Virus record (IMG/VR): IMGVR_UViG_3300047159_000046
Length of the DNA stretch: 64,000 bases
Source: a virus
Lineage: Duplodnaviria; Caudoviricetes
Direction: 5' to 3' (one strand)
Shown here one piece after another: positions 22,003-31,961 of this stretch (position 1 is the first letter of the stretch; the number at the start of each line of letters is the position of its first letter). The position numbers were made by a program, and so were the translations under genes. The notes under the pieces are model-generated. The model was not told where the DNA came from, did no database searches, and saw only the letters and a program-made list of their open reading frames with translations.

Positions 22003-22470
22003 ATGAGAAGAGTAAGATTAACGGAGGGGCAGCTCCACAACGTAATTATAGAATCTGTCGGAAGAATACTGAACGAAATATCGAAAGATAAAAAGATGAT
22101 GAGCATGAAAAAAGCAAGGGATCTCGGAAGAAATGACCAAGCTAATGAATTTGCAGAGAGTCTGCTTGATGATTTAAAACCATACGAATATAGAAATATG
22201 CCTACTGAAGGTTTCTTTGGCTACGATCGTAAAAATTGTAACGGACTTAAATTACAGGATAGCCGTTGTCATAACGGAATAGATAATTATCATGTAGACA
22301 GACCTGATGCGTCAAAGGATTATTATCATCATTATTATGGTGATTGGTATGAGGATGAATTTCCAGATGGGGACAAGTATTATGATTTTAATAAAGAAAG
22401 AAACGCTGATCCAAGATATATAAAAGCAAAAACAGAACTTGACAGACTGAATGGTTTAAAATATAAATAA
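22003..22470 (+). CDS. Probable virion-internal protein with the same leader
   Basis: MRRVRLTEGQLHNVIIESVGRILNE; same upstream motif and terminator family. Confidence 0.7.
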   Translation: MRRVRLTEGQLHNVIIESVGRILNEISKDKKMMSMKKARDLGRNDQANEFAESLLDDLKPYEYRNMPTEGFFGYDRKNCNGLKLQDSRCHNGIDNYHVDRPDASKDYYHHYYGDWYEDEFPDGDKYYDFNKERNADPRYIKAKTELDRLNGLKYK

Positions 22471-22604
22471 CACTGTTTTATTTATATTGTTAAACAATAA
22501 AAAGCGGAGGAACCATTTAAGATTCTTCCGCTTTTATTGTTATGAACGTGTTAAAAAACCTTGTAGCAACAGATATTAATTAGCCAATTCCAATTTTGGA
22601 GCAT

Positions 22605-22865
22605 TCAATGCCTTACAGGTATATCTGGATTCATAAACTTTGCAGAAAAAGAACCGTTTTCTCCTTTTCTATATTTTTCATTTGCCATTTTAGTGAATTC
22701 CTTGGCACAACTCATACAATCTGGTTTATCGCATAGATGGCAGGGACTGGATGGATTGTCTTTTTCATCTCGTTTTTTAAGTTGATAGGCTCTTTCAATC
22801 CTATTAAGCCGTTCTATTTTTTTGTCTATTTCGGCATTATACTCATCAAGTTGTTCTTTAGTCAT
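22605..22865 (-). CDS. Hypothetical protein with CxxC-CxxC motif
   Basis: CHLCDKPDCMSC. Confidence 0.6.
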   Translation of the reverse strand: MTKEQLDEYNAEIDKKIERLNRIERAYQLKKRDEKDNPSSPCHLCDKPDCMSCAKEFTKMANEKYRKGENGSFSAKFMNPDIPVRH

Positions 22866-22940
22866 ATATACAATTATTTATCATATAAAAAATAGTGTTT
22901 TATTTTATTTTTTCCCATTTTATTTATTTTATATGTCATA

Positions 22941-23525
22941 TTATAATTCTGCTGATATTTTTTGAATCTCTGTAAAAATATGTCTTGCAATATAATCAAT
23001 TTTGGTAGGAACATCATCATCAATTCTGATACAATGCTTGATACAGGTTTTGTTATTGCTGTGTTTGATTGTTATTTCGGAAGTGCAATAGTTGGTATCT
23101 GATACTTTTGTATTCAGTCCTACCGAAATATCTTTCTGCATATCTATCAACAATACCAAATCATATCCTGTGGTTTCTTTCACTTCTGGCAACTTGTACA
23201 GTCGCATCCGTATAAGATTATACATATCCAACGCAAAGGCGTCTATGCTTGTAATCTTGTCAATTATATCATCTGCAGAAGAAGCCTGTCTGGATATCCG
23301 ATATGGGGAAAAATCGTCATGCTCAGTATCAATATAAGAGCTGACAATATAGAAAACCTTTCCGATCTGTTCTATACTGACACTTTTATATTTCTTTGAA
23401 TGTAAATAAATATCAAAATGGATATCATTATCATCTTTTTCTAAAATATCTTTTAATTCGATATTATCCATCTTTGATAAAGTATCCACCACATCTGAAA
23501 AAATCTTGTTTGATGGTTTTGTCAT
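22941..23525 (-). CDS. Hypothetical protein
   Basis: 194-aa ORF in operon. Confidence 0.65.
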   Translation of the reverse strand: MTKPSNKIFSDVVDTLSKMDNIELKDILEKDDNDIHFDIYLHSKKYKSVSIEQIGKVFYIVSSYIDTEHDDFSPYRISRQASSADDIIDKITSIDAFALDMYNLIRMRLYKLPEVKETTGYDLVLLIDMQKDISVGLNTKVSDTNYCTSEITIKHSNNKTCIKHCIRIDDDVPTKIDYIARHIFTEIQKISAEL

Positions 23526-23530
23526 GTCTT

Positions 23531-23902
23531 TTAAATTTCAGTTATGATTTTTTTAATGTTGTTTATCATTGCTGCATATTGTTCATTATCAGCATCATTT
23601 AAAACAGTTGAATATAATTCGGTTTCATTTTGGCAGTCTCTTCCTCCATGAAACAATTCCACTTCAAGTGAATGTGACTTTGTCTGGAACATCGCTTTAT
23701 TGGAATGGATATCCAGTATTGATACAATTACAACATAATCACCATATTTTTCATATATGTCGATAAACGACCTGTTGCCACAATATGTAGTGTTTATAAG
23801 AAAATTTGGGCAATCTTCTTTAAGACTGTTTGCAATAAAATCGGATGTGAATTTGACATCTTTTTTTGCGTCTTCTGTTGCATAAAAATCTTGCAATTCC
23901 AT
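23531..23902 (-). CDS. Hypothetical protein
   Basis: ORF with TATATTTG promoter upstream. Confidence 0.65.
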   Translation of the reverse strand: MELQDFYATEDAKKDVKFTSDFIANSLKEDCPNFLINTTYCGNRSFIDIYEKYGDYVVIVSILDIHSNKAMFQTKSHSLEVELFHGGRDCQNETELYSTVLNDADNEQYAAMINNIKKIITEI

Positions 23903-24024
23903 AAATTTGTTTTTTTTGTTTCTGCAAATATAATAAAAATCATAATAAAAAACAAGACACCAAATGATAAAATCATTCAGTGTCTTGAACTATGAAAAAC
24001 TAAAACAAAGTATATGTGGTATGA

Positions 24025-24333
24025 TTAGGAAATGGAGGCCAAAAATATCAGGTAGTCATAGGCTTCTGTCTGTCTGCAGTTGTCAACGATAAATCTGCAG
24101 ATATCATTTTTCTCATTTTCGTCATCAATATCCTGCCAGATGCGTCTCACATTATTCATTCTTCCTCTTCTGAAGTCCGAAAGAATATTGTCTGCCATTC
24201 CGCCTTCCTCGTCCTCGTCTTCATCTGTGTTGATGAAATTAGGATTGTATGCACTTTCCCTCATTAGCTTTGCTGCGGAGCTTCTCACAATTCTCCGTAT
24301 TGCTGATTCATTAAGAATTCCATTATGTCTCAT
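24025..24333 (-). CDS. Probable virion-internal protein (ILNESAIRRIVR leader)
   Basis: Related N-terminal motif; TATTTAT upstream. Confidence 0.6.
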   Translation of the reverse strand: MRHNGILNESAIRRIVRSSAAKLMRESAYNPNFINTDEDEDEEGGMADNILSDFRRGRMNNVRRIWQDIDDENEKNDICRFIVDNCRQTEAYDYLIFLASIS

Positions 24334-24394
24334 ATCTCCAATTTTCTTTTATTAAGATAAATAGAACACAACCGATAAATTGTGATATTAATTA

Positions 24395-25696
24395 TCAATC
24401 ATGTCGCAACACATCAAACGGATCGTCATCATCATCCCAATCCCGATTTCCCAATCCATTGGAATGACCTGGCATATTACGAGGTTTGCCATAATTTTTA
24501 GGAGGCAGATTTGTTAATATTCCACAACTTTCCAATGCTGGTCTAAAATTGGTCCTTTCTGGATCATTCCATAATATATTTACATCCACAACGTAATAAA
24601 TACGATGATCGTCTTTGTTGAGTATGCTGTCTTCTATTTTAACATGGCATGGAATCTTTTCTTCGCTGGTTGAGAATTGTCCATCCTCTCCTTTATATAC
24701 ATTTAGATACACAGAGAATGACGCCTCGTTCAAATTCTCATTTGTGATTTCAATAATATTTTCCTCCTTTGAGGATGCTTGTTCAATTTTAGCAGAAATT
24801 ATTTTTAACGCTTCTATTCCAGAAATTTGGTTATCATAAGAGCTATAATACAGATTACCTATCATCATATTTCCTGATATTTTGATAATAAACTCTCCGC
24901 TTTCAGGAGTTGCATTTGTCAAGTCGTCTATTTCCCCAGTAGGTGTATGTGAGGCTATACTACCAATCTTATCGTTGAGTCTTTTGATGTATTCCTGTAC
25001 AATACCAGCAGGAGCTCCGATTAGATCACTCCATCCTGTAAAGGAGTCAATTCTGTTTAGATAATCATTATTTATCTGGGCATTTTTATTCTCTATCTTA
25101 TCCTGAAATCTGCTTTGTATATCATTCTCTATTTGTTCCGCTTCGTCTTGAAAATTGTTGTTGAAGTACTCATCATATTTGCTTAACACCATATTCTTAA
25201 TGGCGTCTTTTAAATCTCTATCATGAAACATATCATTTTCCATTGATTTGATGGTTTTGTCGTCCAGTCCCCTGACTCCTTCAAGCCAGCCATCAATTTG
25301 CGTTAATCTGTCTTTAAAATCTCCGAATATCTCTTTGTCTTTTGATACGTTATCTCTCGATCCTGCCTCAAAACTCAACTTGCATGTGTAGCTTATCTCA
25401 AGGCTTTTATGATTGTCTGATGCAAAAAGCGTCTGGCTGGACCAATCCTCATCACTTGGATATATTGTAATGCTTTTGCATGTTGGAGACTCTCTGCTAA
25501 AACCTTGGGCAACGGAATAGGACGGAATGCCTATTTCAACAATAACATTCAGTTTTCCCTCACCTTTCACCATTACAGGAATGGCATCCTTAATGTCTAT
25601 TTCCGTACTATTGGAAGATGCGTCATCCTCATTCATAAGACGTCTCATGTTTTCCAAAATCATAGAGACATTTCTATTTCCATAGTTGTTTATCAT
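24395..25696 (-). CDS. Acidic hypothetical protein, probably late/virion
   Basis: 433 aa; MILENMRRLMNE leader; TATTTAT upstream. Confidence 0.7.
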   Translation of the reverse strand: MINNYGNRNVSMILENMRRLMNEDDASSNSTEIDIKDAIPVMVKGEGKLNVIVEIGIPSYSVAQGFSRESPTCKSITIYPSDEDWSSQTLFASDNHKSLEISYTCKLSFEAGSRDNVSKDKEIFGDFKDRLTQIDGWLEGVRGLDDKTIKSMENDMFHDRDLKDAIKNMVLSKYDEYFNNNFQDEAEQIENDIQSRFQDKIENKNAQINNDYLNRIDSFTGWSDLIGAPAGIVQEYIKRLNDKIGSIASHTPTGEIDDLTNATPESGEFIIKISGNMMIGNLYYSSYDNQISGIEALKIISAKIEQASSKEENIIEITNENLNEASFSVYLNVYKGEDGQFSTSEEKIPCHVKIEDSILNKDDHRIYYVVDVNILWNDPERTNFRPALESCGILTNLPPKNYGKPRNMPGHSNGLGNRDWDDDDDPFDVLRHD

Positions 25697-25821
25697 TTTG
25701 TTATTTTTTTTCTTTGTTATAAATATTATGCAAATCTAACAAAAAAATATGTTTTGTTTTTGTTTTTATGATTTATTTCGTATCTTTGCGATATAAAATA
25801 ATTTTAAAACCGTTTTTTACA

Positions 25822-26745
25822 ATGAAGATAGTCAATCAGCAAGCCCAACTGTTGAAACAGGAATTTGGAGAGACAAGAGAGGAAATAATCAATCACACCT
25901 ACCAGCATGCAGCCAGATGCGCAGGAGTATGTTATGCCTCATCAAAGACATACGACAATCCAGAAGATGCCAAGGCTTTTGTCAATAACATTCTGATAGC
26001 CCACAAACATTTTTCTCCTTTGGCCCATGCTGCCGTTTATCTTGAACTGTCAAATTATGAAGATGATTACGATGCTTACAACCGTTTGATACAGTTGCGT
26101 GAATTTGACCATAACGCTGTCAAATATGCAACGTTCTATGATTATTATAAAAATCCCAACGGAGAGGAAAAGGATTCGGACAATTGGAGAATGGTAGTTG
26201 TAACGACTTTCAGATTTATCATACAATACAATTTGCTGGATATCTTTAAGAAATATTGTGTAAGTTATGATTATGTGAAAACAAATATCAATCCTTATCT
26301 TGACTTCAAAGATGTAATCACTCCTACCTATAGTGTATTGTGTGATACGTCACGGGTTATTGCAACCGAGTTCAACAGACACGCTGCCAATGTTGCCATT
26401 TGCGGTCAAAGTACCAGATATTGCAATCTTTCCAATGATAAGAAGTTCAAGGATATTGAATTCGTAAAATCCGTGGTTCCCTGCGATTTCACAACCAGAC
26501 TGACCATGCGTTTGTGTATGTATGTCTCATCGTTGTCTTATCGGTTCCTTATACATCATGGAGTAAAGCCAGAAATAGCCAGAAGCATCCTGCTGATGAA
26601 TCTTCACACCCAGATGGTCTATTCCGCCAATATGGAAGAATGGGATTATATCTTTAATGTAAGAATAAATGGAATGACAGGAGTTCCACATCCTGATGCA
26701 AAGGATCTGGCTATAAAAATAAAATCAGCAATAGAAAATGAATAA
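25822..26745 (+). CDS. thyX: FAD-dependent thymidylate synthase
   Basis: AARCAGVCY, HFSPLAH, SRVIATEFNRH...QSTRYCN, PEIARSIL, PHPD; the RHR motif reads RHA here. Confidence 0.8.
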   Translation: MKIVNQQAQLLKQEFGETREEIINHTYQHAARCAGVCYASSKTYDNPEDAKAFVNNILIAHKHFSPLAHAAVYLELSNYEDDYDAYNRLIQLREFDHNAVKYATFYDYYKNPNGEEKDSDNWRMVVVTTFRFIIQYNLLDIFKKYCVSYDYVKTNINPYLDFKDVITPTYSVLCDTSRVIATEFNRHAANVAICGQSTRYCNLSNDKKFKDIEFVKSVVPCDFTTRLTMRLCMYVSSLSYRFLIHHGVKPEIARSILLMNLHTQMVYSANMEEWDYIFNVRINGMTGVPHPDAKDLAIKIKSAIENE

Positions 26746-26766
26746 TACAAATTAATTATAATTACC

Positions 26767-26991
26767 ATGACAGAAGAAAATAAAAACATTCGTATTCAGT
26801 TCGTTTCCAAAGATACGGAGAGAGCGTGGAAGATGCTTTATAGCAGCATGGACAACTTTAAATACTTGATGGACAACAAAATGAATGAAAATGAATTCAT
26901 TTCAGAAGGAGATATTCGGGAAGTTGTCAATCACATGAAACAAACCATAGAAAGCATCGGGGAGGTTTCCAATATTGACATAAAAATGTAG
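26767..26991 (+). CDS. Hypothetical protein
   Basis: ORF after thyX, ends in TAG. Confidence 0.6.
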   Translation: MTEENKNIRIQFVSKDTERAWKMLYSSMDNFKYLMDNKMNENEFISEGDIREVVNHMKQTIESIGEVSNIDIKM

Positions 26992-27102
26992 TCTATTTGA
27001 TTTTTTTGATTTTGATTTTTATATTCGGAAGAGCCATAAACGGTTTTTCCGTTTTTTTTATTATAATTCATTGTATCTATTTATTGATACACAAATACAT
27101 TC

Positions 27103-28071
27103 ATGATAATGAACAGCATTTCATCATACAGAAGACACATATCAGAATCCCAATCTGCAGGCTCTTCAAAAACGCTGGGGAACGGAAGAAACATAACATT
27201 TACAAGATCCAATCCAACGGGAACATTCAAGGCGGTTAAAAACTGGCTCGAACAGATAGAAAAGGTGAGTCCAGACAGATTCACAGAAGCCCAATGGAAA
27301 AAGGATGTTCCCAATTATCATTCCAATATCGATGTATCGGAGGCAAAGACAAAAAGCAGATATATACGGACAATTCTGGACGGTGTGTTTTATGACTTTA
27401 GATTTTCCAATCATACCAAATCATATACAGGTGAACAGGACAACAATGACAATATGATAGATATTGAATTTGACGATGATGACAATTCAATTGCCAGTGT
27501 AAATATAGATATGTCAAGGTTGAAATCTTTTACCATAAACGATTTCAAGTCAATCATTGAGGAGGTGAACAAATTCAACACGCATCCCGATGATGTACAT
27601 AACAATCCTGCTGATTATCCTGTACTGAACAGATACAACAATCTTAAACTTTCCATGGATAATCATATTGAATATGTGGAAGAAAAGAATCAGATGGAAC
27701 AGGAACGGAATCAGCAGAAGTTATATATGAATGAATATCTGCCATTATTTAAAAATGATATATTGATATATCCAGAAAGAAGATATATGGATGATTTTTA
27801 TTACAAGACTGCCAATGGAATGTTTGCAATACCAAGCAAATATGCCGATTGTCATGATTCCGATTTCTTTACCATATTGGTTATGTTTGACGGCTATCTT
27901 GAATCCGTATTGTACAAGCCATGGAGAAATACTGTAGACGAATCGGATATAGAACAGATGGTCAATGATGCCAAAGATGATGCTTTCCATAATTGTCCGC
28001 TGTTATTCAAGGACTGGCAGGCTAACGATATGCCTACAGATACCAAAATAACATATAGCGATATTTGCTGA
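27103..28071 (+). CDS. Hypothetical protein with SRY...RFSNH motif
   Basis: 322 aa; TATTTAT upstream; terminator family downstream. Confidence 0.7.
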   Translation: MIMNSISSYRRHISESQSAGSSKTLGNGRNITFTRSNPTGTFKAVKNWLEQIEKVSPDRFTEAQWKKDVPNYHSNIDVSEAKTKSRYIRTILDGVFYDFRFSNHTKSYTGEQDNNDNMIDIEFDDDDNSIASVNIDMSRLKSFTINDFKSIIEEVNKFNTHPDDVHNNPADYPVLNRYNNLKLSMDNHIEYVEEKNQMEQERNQQKLYMNEYLPLFKNDILIYPERRYMDDFYYKTANGMFAIPSKYADCHDSDFFTILVMFDGYLESVLYKPWRNTVDESDIEQMVNDAKDDAFHNCPLLFKDWQANDMPTDTKITYSDIC

Positions 28072-28177
28072 TAAACATAATGGAATAACACTGTCCCATT
28101 TTATGAAAAACGAAAAGCGGAAGAACCTTTTACGATTCTCCCGCTTTTTGTTGTTATGTTATACTATTCCGTTTTTG

Positions 28178-28750
28178 TTACTTGCACTTGTCATACAGGT
28201 CCTTGCAACGCTCCTGCATTGTAGCTACATATACCATATAAGGCAGAACTTTTTCATGTGGTTTGCTATCATACAGATATTGAGACACATATTTTAGCAA
28301 ATAAGGATTAATATAACGGAGAGAATACAGATTGATAAGAAGATAAATGAAATCCCTGTCGTTTGTGGCACTGCCAATATTGTCATGAACATACTTTCTG
28401 ACATTTTTTTCCACCTCATCCAGAAACGCTGGAATATCGATAGTCGTAGTTTTCCCCACTTCCTTGAATTCTCCATCCCGTTTTATTGCCTCAAACTTTT
28501 TGATTGCAAGATCATCATAATAGTTGCTGTATATGCTGATATCATCACGTGTACAACCATGCTTTTCGATAATATCAGCTACTTCTTGCGATGACATGAT
28601 ATTATACACTTTCTGCTCGACAAAAACACAAGAAGAGTTTTCGTCCGTTTCGGCATCAAGCCGTTCCAGAAAATACTTTTTAATCTCATCCTTGCACTCC
28701 TGGATTTTTAAATCCTTGTCGGTTTTTTCAACCAATTCTTCTTTACTCAT
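28178..28750 (-). CDS. Hypothetical protein
   Basis: 190-aa ORF. Confidence 0.65.
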   Translation of the reverse strand: MSKEELVEKTDKDLKIQECKDEIKKYFLERLDAETDENSSCVFVEQKVYNIMSSQEVADIIEKHGCTRDDISIYSNYYDDLAIKKFEAIKRDGEFKEVGKTTTIDIPAFLDEVEKNVRKYVHDNIGSATNDRDFIYLLINLYSLRYINPYLLKYVSQYLYDSKPHEKVLPYMVYVATMQERCKDLYDKCK

Positions 28751-28851
28751 ATATTTAAAATTTATTAAATGTTTATTTTATATCCTGTTTTGTATATGTT
28801 TTTATTACAAATTCACATGTTATTTAAACTGTCATAAGAATATCTTTCTGG

Positions 28852-29520
28852 TCAAAAAACAAATTTATTGTTTAAATCGTCATAATAATATCTTATCGTT
28901 TTGGAATCCTTGTCAAAAAACAAATCGAACAGCTGTCCCCTGTCGATAAAGTCATCATAATCATAGGACCGTTTCAAAATATCCATTCCCCTGTCAAACA
29001 GATCTGTTGCGTACTCATACGGCATCCCATAGAATGAATTGCGCATCAGATATCTCGTGATGGCATCTGTTATCATCAGACTTAGCATATTATTGTCCAC
29101 TCCAATCTCATTAAGGTTCATTTTGCTCTTTTTGTATGACAGATATTTACACCATATTTCTGATACCTTGTCACCACCGTACTCATACAAAAACTCATCA
29201 AGAATATCATCATTTCTGCAAAGTTTGTCATCATATTCTGGTGATTGCTGGACCGTATTGTGTATATCGTCCTTGTGCGTTTCATACAACTTGTCCACAT
29301 CCTTACTTAACATGTTGAATATGTACTGATAGAATGCGTCTGGCAAATCAACAACATCATACAGCTTTATCTTTTCATAAGCCTCTGCTTGCATTTTGTC
29401 AATGGCTGATGTGTATTCCCGTATCTTGTCACATACGTCTTTGTCATAATACTTGTCAATATTTGACAGGTTAAAACCTCCTTCTTCAATCAACCTGTCC
29501 ATCTCTTCTGCTTCTGACAT
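28852..29520 (-). CDS. Hypothetical protein
   Basis: 222-aa acidic ORF. Confidence 0.65.
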   Translation of the reverse strand: MSEAEEMDRLIEEGGFNLSNIDKYYDKDVCDKIREYTSAIDKMQAEAYEKIKLYDVVDLPDAFYQYIFNMLSKDVDKLYETHKDDIHNTVQQSPEYDDKLCRNDDILDEFLYEYGGDKVSEIWCKYLSYKKSKMNLNEIGVDNNMLSLMITDAITRYLMRNSFYGMPYEYATDLFDRGMDILKRSYDYDDFIDRGQLFDLFFDKDSKTIRYYYDDLNNKFVF

Positions 29521-29746
29521 ATCTTGAATTTTCTTTGTTTGTTTTTATTTGTTTTGTCCAGTATCTCCTTATAAACATCCAGTACACAATTACAGAACAT
29601 ATATACATCATAGACATTAATATCAGACTCCAGTCGGTAGCTTTTCCCCCTGATTCCACCATATTGTCATATACCGCATAAAGGTCCAATAATGCGACCG
29701 ACACTGTACTGATATCAAACACAAATCTTATTATCCAGTCTTTCAT
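29486..29746 (-). CDS. Small membrane protein (2 TM)
   Basis: MKDWIIRFVF..., two hydrophobic segments. Confidence 0.5.
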   Translation of the reverse strand: MKDWIIRFVFDISTVSVALLDLYAVYDNMVESGGKATDWSLILMSMMYICSVIVYWMFIRRYWTKQIKTNKENSRYVRSRRDGQVD

Positions 29747-29778
29747 ATTATGTCCTGTTGATTTTGTTTTTTTGTCAA

Positions 29779-30030
29779 TCACACCTCTTCCTGTACCTGA
29801 CATACGTTGATATTGCCTGGCCGTTTGATCCACTTGCTTATCCTATCAACCTCATTGCTGAACCTGTATTCATTCCACTCCCCAAGACGTGGGCTGCCAT
29901 GCTCATACACTTTCATGAACGCATACCTCTTGCTCTTGAACACGGTATCAATAAGCCTGTAACACTGCCCCTCCGTATTCCTGTATATCTGCACGCTGTT
30001 ACCAGCCTGTATCGCTTTGTATCTCATCAT
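29779..30030 (-). CDS. Hypothetical protein
   Basis: ORF with TAACTTTG promoter ~30050. Confidence 0.55.
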   Translation of the reverse strand: MMRYKAIQAGNSVQIYRNTEGQCYRLIDTVFKSKRYAFMKVYEHGSPRLGEWNEYRFSNEVDRISKWIKRPGNINVCQVQEEV

Positions 30031-30159
30031 CGCTTATTTCATTTGCCGACAAAGTTATGAATTTTATTATATATATCCAAATTTTTGTTTTATTTTTTAT
30101 TTATTTTTTTTGATTATTTTTTATTTACATATAAAATAAATGATATAAACAAATAATTT

Positions 30160-30411
30160 ATGACACAAGAAGAAAAAACATCACTATGTGAGAACATTGT
30201 CAAAAAAGGCATCTCTTTCTACAAGGAGAATCTCAAACAATTCAGCACATACGAGAAATGGAAACAGCTGTCAGAAATCTACAGCTTCTGTTTTGGCGAA
30301 CAGATGCACAAGGAAGAGGAACTCGGCTACAAAATTGACGAACCTGTATGGTTAAAGGCTGACGACAAGATTGTCGCTTTCTGTATCACTAACGGAATGA
30401 TAGCCTTATGA
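30160..30411 (+). CDS. Hypothetical protein
   Basis: 83-aa ORF. Confidence 0.6.
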   Translation: MTQEEKTSLCENIVKKGISFYKENLKQFSTYEKWKQLSEIYSFCFGEQMHKEEELGYKIDEPVWLKADDKIVAFCITNGMIAL

Positions 30412-30640
30412 CCATATCATCGTCAATAGCCACACAACCCGCCACCAACCTGTTCATTGAATGGAATATATATTCCACCAACCAGCGGTACTGTTATTCT
30501 TATCCATGGACAATACAAGACGGATTCTACAAGCAATTCTCTTGATGCGATGATTTAACGTGAAATACCCCTACACAAAAAAGCGGAAGAACCTTTTACG
30601 ATTCTTCCGCTTTTTATATATGTCCCCAATCGGCAATATG

Positions 30641-30970
30641 TTATTTCTCTGCTGATTGTTCCGATTTTTTGTCCTTCATCTTGTCATACTCGTCAAACAA
30701 ATCCATGATTCCTTTGTACACTTTCTCTATCTCCTTCTTGGTATTGTCCACCACACTCTTGTCCTCCTCGGTCATCTCCGAACTTCTGATGTTCATGTGA
30801 TTGGCAAAGAACTTGGTGAATATCTCCGCAACCGAATACCACTGCGAAAAGATTACCCTGTACAGATATACAAATCTGTCAATCTCCGTAGGCTCCCAGT
30901 CAACTTTGATGGGCTGCCCCTCTTCCAACTTCTCTTTGCTGTCGGTCTCACTGTTCTCTTTTTTTATCAT
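30641..30970 (-). CDS. Hypothetical protein
   Basis: 109-aa ORF. Confidence 0.6.
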   Translation of the reverse strand: MIKKENSETDSKEKLEEGQPIKVDWEPTEIDRFVYLYRVIFSQWYSVAEIFTKFFANHMNIRSSEMTEEDKSVVDNTKKEIEKVYKGIMDLFDEYDKMKDKKSEQSAEK

Positions 30971-31060
30971 TCTTTTTTTATTTTGTTTATATTATCTCTT
31001 TTAAAAAAATACATTTTTTTATTTTTTTTTATTTTTTTTCGGGATGTGTAGTTATCAGGC

Positions 31061-31430
31061 GTTGACCTGTCAGATACTCATGGCTTATGTGTGGTCCCGT
31101 TCTTGGCGTGGCCCTGTCAGATACCATGGAAATGTGTGGTCCAGTTAGGGTGTTGCCCTGTCTGGTGCCGTGGGAACCGACTGTCCCGCTCTCGGTGTTT
31201 CCCTGTCTGGCACCATGGGAATGTGTGGTTTCGTTAGGATGTTGCCCTGTCAGGTTGCGTAGGAATCTACTGTCCCGCTCTCGGTAGCGTGTTGCCCTGT
31301 CAAGTACCATGGGAACCGACTGTTCCGTTAGGATGCTGCCCTGTCAAGTGGCGTAGGAATGTGTAGTCCCGTTAGGATGTTGCCCTATCAGATACCGTGG
31401 GAATCCACCGTCCCGCTCTCGGTAGCGTGG
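31061..31430. repeat. GC-rich degenerate tandem repeat, 8 units, period 44-50 bp
   Basis: GTTGCCCTGTCA-like core at 31061, 31108, 31152, 31197, 31241, 31291, 31335, 31379. Confidence 0.85.
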
Positions 31431-31608
31431 CAGGCCCCCCCCCATTTTTTAAAATTTTTTTTTAAAAATTTTAGATGGGGAACTGCGCCCTGTTCTGAGC
31501 CCGAAAAACCTACGAAACTGGGTGGGGTTACGTAGGTAGGGGTGGGGTGGGGCTATGAAAGGTGGGCTATCACCACCCCATGGTAACAGCCCACCTTTTC
31601 AAAAAAAA

Positions 31609-31624
31609 TGTTTCACGTGAAACA
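31609..31624. promoter_or_regulatory. parS: parS site 1
   Basis: Exact TGTTTCACGTGAAACA. Confidence 0.85.
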
Positions 31625-31635
31625 TCAGTTACGAA

Positions 31636-31651
31636 TGTTTCACGTGAAACA
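31636..31651. promoter_or_regulatory. parS: parS site 2
   Basis: Exact TGTTTCACGTGAAACA. Confidence 0.85.
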
Positions 31652-31661
31652 TATAGTTTGC

Positions 31662-31961
31662 TTAGCACTCGCCGATGGCAGCCGTCAATTTGGCTCTAAA
31701 TTCGGCGAGGTCACCGCTTTCGGTGCGAGGCTCACCGAGGCTCACCCGTGCCCCTTTGAGGGTAATAGGGTAGTATGCCCCACCTTTGAGGTGTGCCTCG
31801 CCATAAGAGGCTCTTGCCTCTTTGAAAGAGGCTACTGCCTTGGCGAGTAGGTCGGCGAGGGTTTTTGCCCGTACGACCTTTGTTGATTTTTGGCCGTCCT
31901 TGTTGGCGGTCATTACGTTTGCGACTAAAAGACTTGCGAACTCTGATTTGCTAACTAACAT
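31662..31961 (-). CDS. Small basic hypothetical protein
   Basis: Own promoter (32044-32051), structured leader, terminator hairpin ~31557-31600. Confidence 0.7.
   Translation of the reverse strand: MLVSKSEFASLLVANVMTANKDGQKSTKVVRAKTLADLLAKAVASFKEARASYGEAHLKGGAYYPITLKGARVSLGEPRTESGDLAEFRAKLTAAIGEC

Larger units (their letters stand above)
21871..30615. terminator. Terminator family AAGCGGA(A/G)GAAC..N..CCGCTTTT, 4 copies (~21871, 22501, 28114, 30579)
   Basis: Near-identical hairpins with T-tails after single + strand genes. Confidence 0.75.

Noticed and set aside
31061-31430. CRISPR array, or the ORFs 31029..31310 and 31087..31287
   Set aside because: Units are degenerate along their full length with no unique spacers, and most spacings are not multiples of 3, so the ORFs look incidental.
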